From NCBI RefSeq assembly GCF_009914755.1, contig NC_060925.1: a stretch of DNA of 64,000 nucleotides; one strand, written 5' to 3'. Below are positions 61,139-64,000 of this stretch, one piece after another (the first letter of the stretch is position 1; every line of letters starts with the position of its first letter). The notes beneath the pieces are model-generated. The model did no database searches. It was not told the origin of the DNA and was given only the letters and a program-made list of their open reading frames with translations. The stretch is from the human T2T-CHM13v2.0 reference genome, Homo sapiens. A program made the position numbers and the translations under genes.

Positions 61139-62827
61139 GTTATGGAGACAGAAAGGACATAGATGAAAGAACAGGAGGCAAGGCAAATCATCTGAATTTA
61201 TACATTCTTTGGCATCAATTGTAAAATGCTACAGAAATTTAGAGAAGGGAGAAATCACTGAACTATATTGGTCAGAAAGTGTTTTCTTGAACTTGGTAAA
61301 ATTGATTTGGGTGTGGAATAATGGCAGGATTTGGACAGGATGAGAGGGTAAGATGGGGACACAGGGACAGTCTTGGAGAGGGTGGGGCCAAGCATATTCC
61401 ACTCACTGTGATTGACAAAGAGGGGACTTGGTTGGAGGAAAGATTCCCTTTGGAGAGTGAAAAACAGTCCTCATCATATTGCTTGAGCTTTATATGGCAC
61501 ATTATAGTTTACAAACCTTTCTTGTGCTCTCTGTTATTTGATTATAACAATAACTCCATTTATTGCTGATACAGACTCAAGTTTAGGAAGATTAAAGTCA
61601 TTTGCTTAGAGCTACTTGACAGCTGGGGCTATTTTCCTGGTCTAAGGAACTGCTGAACTGGATCCAATCCTAGTTCCATCCAATCTTAGATCCTAATAGT
61701 CATAAAATTCTGAAAGAATGTGTCAGGAGATGATATATCAGGAAATGTAGAGAGTGACCTGTTGGCACAGAAATGTCTTGTAAATACATTTGTCAATTCA
61801 ATATTTTCTTCCACTGAGTAAAGAAAGGTCTGTTTTCCACGTTAGAACACATATTGAGGTATCCCTAAATCTTAAACAACTTTTCATGATAAACAGCCCT
61901 AATGAAATTCCTGGGAAGCTTCTAAGATAGGAGGATTTTTCATTCAGCTTCCTGTGTCCCATTCTTGGGCTTGCAGGCAACCGTAGCCAAGAGCTATGGT
62001 CTCTCTTGAGATGGTAGAAAGCTGCCTTGTCACATTAGGCTGCAAAAGTCGTCCTGTTTCCTCCTTTCTCTAAAAGAAGAATGAAGTTCACCTCTGGTGG
62101 CTTTATCTTTCCAGGAAAAGGAAACTCAGGTCTAAAGCCATCCATTTACAGATGAGGACACAATTATAAACTGGGACACTTGATGGCTTTCAGCTCACAG
62201 CTCTTGTGGCTTAGGTCTCTGGGTGCCAGGTTCCAGACCTGGACCTGCCACAGAAGTATCGGCTGATCTTGGAAAAATCATGAAACCTGTTTGTTTCTAA
62301 TATCTCCTTGGGATACATTTGGTAAACAGTGCTTTGGCTGAAAAGAGTGGATGCTGGCATGAGGAAAATGGAGATCTTAACAAATGTGTAGAATGTTAAT
62401 TCTTCCATGTCTTTCTCTTCCTTTAGGTGTTTTTCAGCCCTAGCTATACATTGGAATCAACTGGCAAACTTTGAAAAAATCACAAAGCCTATGCCACAAC
62501 CCAGAGGTTCTGAGGTGCAGCCAGAGTATAGAACCTGTAATCTAGGTAATGGCTCTCACTGGAAAACAGCTGTGGCACTGGTATAGGAGCAATGAGGGGC
62601 TCACGCAGAACTCCCTGTGTGGGCTCACCTGGCCTTCCAAAGGCCCAGCCTGACCACTTGGGACCAAAGTGACCCTTACTATTAAAGGCTTCTAACATTC
62701 ACAGAAAGAAAGTACGTCAAGGGTGTGTGAAATCATGACAGAAGCTCCTCCTCCTAGGAACTATCACAGGAAATTACCCTTTATACCTAAGAATAAAGAC
62801 CGAATAGAGAGAAGCCAGCTCTATCCA

Positions 62828-62846
62828 CAACCAACAGATGGCGCTA
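62828..62846 (+). promoter_or_regulatory. Candidate CTCF binding site
   Basis: CAACCAACAGATGGCGCTA matches core CCASYAGRKGGCRS with one mismatch, in apparently unique DNA with its CpG retained. Confidence 0.5.
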
Positions 62847-63823
62847 TTGTCCAATGCCCTGCCATTTAGGTCTCTGCCAACCACTTACTCCTTAATACTT
62901 GGTAATTTGCTGCATTTGTGCATGATTTTGAAATGTTCTAGAAACATTTTTGACTCCACATATCTGAGAAGTGCAAAAGTAGCAATAATATTAAAAGTGT
63001 TACTTAAAAAAGGAGCATAATTATGACAAAATGAAAGTAGAACCATTTTTAAAATCAGAAGGCAGTGAGAAAATAAAATGTAAGTTTGTACATGCATGTG
63101 GAATTAATTTTTAGACAGTAGGAACAATTCCAAAGGGCAGAGTTGATCATGAATCCTGAGAAAAGTGTTGTGCCTCTGCAACTGACAATAAAGAGCAAGA
63201 GATACGGAAATGAATGAAATGGAAAAGTTTATAGTGTGCGGCTAGATAATTACAATGCCTGATATGTGCTTTATCTTCACCATAAACTATGCAAGTGCTC
63301 TCCTTTCTTTCATCATCACCCAGCCAGCCAAAATCAACCACTGTCAATTAGACTGTTTTTAACTTTGGAGAAGGCTGGGGGTTGTTCTAGAATTTGGAAC
63401 TAAGCATGGTAAAAGCTCTGCTACTTAACTTCTGGAGTAAGTCAGGGACTAGTTCTGTAATCTGAAAGACAATCTATACTCTCAAATCTACGCTACTTCA
63501 AGGTGGCAAGGCAGCCCAGTCTGACACTAACCATAACTTCTAAGGAGGTCTATTCTCTACCACACCTGCAGAAATGGCTGGGGAGAAGGGTTAAATTAAT
63601 GAACTTAAAACATCTTTGGCAAGTGACGCTATTTCTTGGAAAAAAAAAAAGAAAAATAAGACATTTAACTGGTCCATGTTAGGAAAAGATGCTTGGTAGA
63701 ATGTATCAGCAGGAATAAGAGTATGTCTGATTTAAAGCTCTGAAAGTTTGACATTCTGTTATTTACTGAAAGTACACTGGGAAACTGCAAGCTCAGCCTC
63801 TCTAAGACACTTTGAATTTATAG

Positions 63824-64000
63824 TGTATCAGTCAGGATCCAATTAGAGAAGTAGAATGAATAGGACATAAATATTAAGAGATTTATTACAAAGAATTGGC
63901 TTATGTGATTGTGGGGGATGGCTAGGCAAGTCTGAAGTCTGTAGGGCAGGCACTCAGGAGGGCAGACTGGAACTGTCAGGCACAGGTGGAAGCTGCCATC
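63824..64000 (-). mobile_element. MLT2-family ERVL LTR (runs off the window)
   Basis: TGTATCAGTCAGG...GAGATTTATTACAAAGAATTGGCTTATGTGATTGTGG...GGCAAGTCTGAAGTCTGTAGGGCAGG. Confidence 0.75.

Overview
Primate, almost certainly human, non-coding (intronic or intergenic) DNA dominated by interspersed repeats: about 25 Alus, L1PA/MA/MB/MC/ME fragments, L2, MIR, MaLR and ERVL LTRs, and hAT DNA transposons. It also holds an RPL6 processed pseudogene (minus, 6535-7341), a U13/SNORD13 retrocopy (46275-46376) and a degenerate tRNA-Ile(AAT)-derived sequence. I could not identify any protein-coding exon of a host gene; most listed ORFs are Alu, L1 or microsatellite artefacts. Three structures stand out. 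(1) A TSD-bounded Alu + 5'-only L1PA composite (1301-3181) whose L1 ends in poly(A) inside ORF1, carries a triplicated YY1 start unit and has an intact, extended ORF0. (2) A cluster of locally templated insertions at 49.4-52.2 kb, including a 213-bp inverted copy and a 36-bp direct copy, with no differences seen, inside a (TA)n tail. (3) A duplicated tRNA-derived fragment that appears to have gained a splice acceptor in front of a 43-nt candidate exon. Repeat subfamily calls are from memory of consensus sequences and many boundaries are approximate. I found no evidence for a new multi-gene system; the novelty here is structural and evolutionary.
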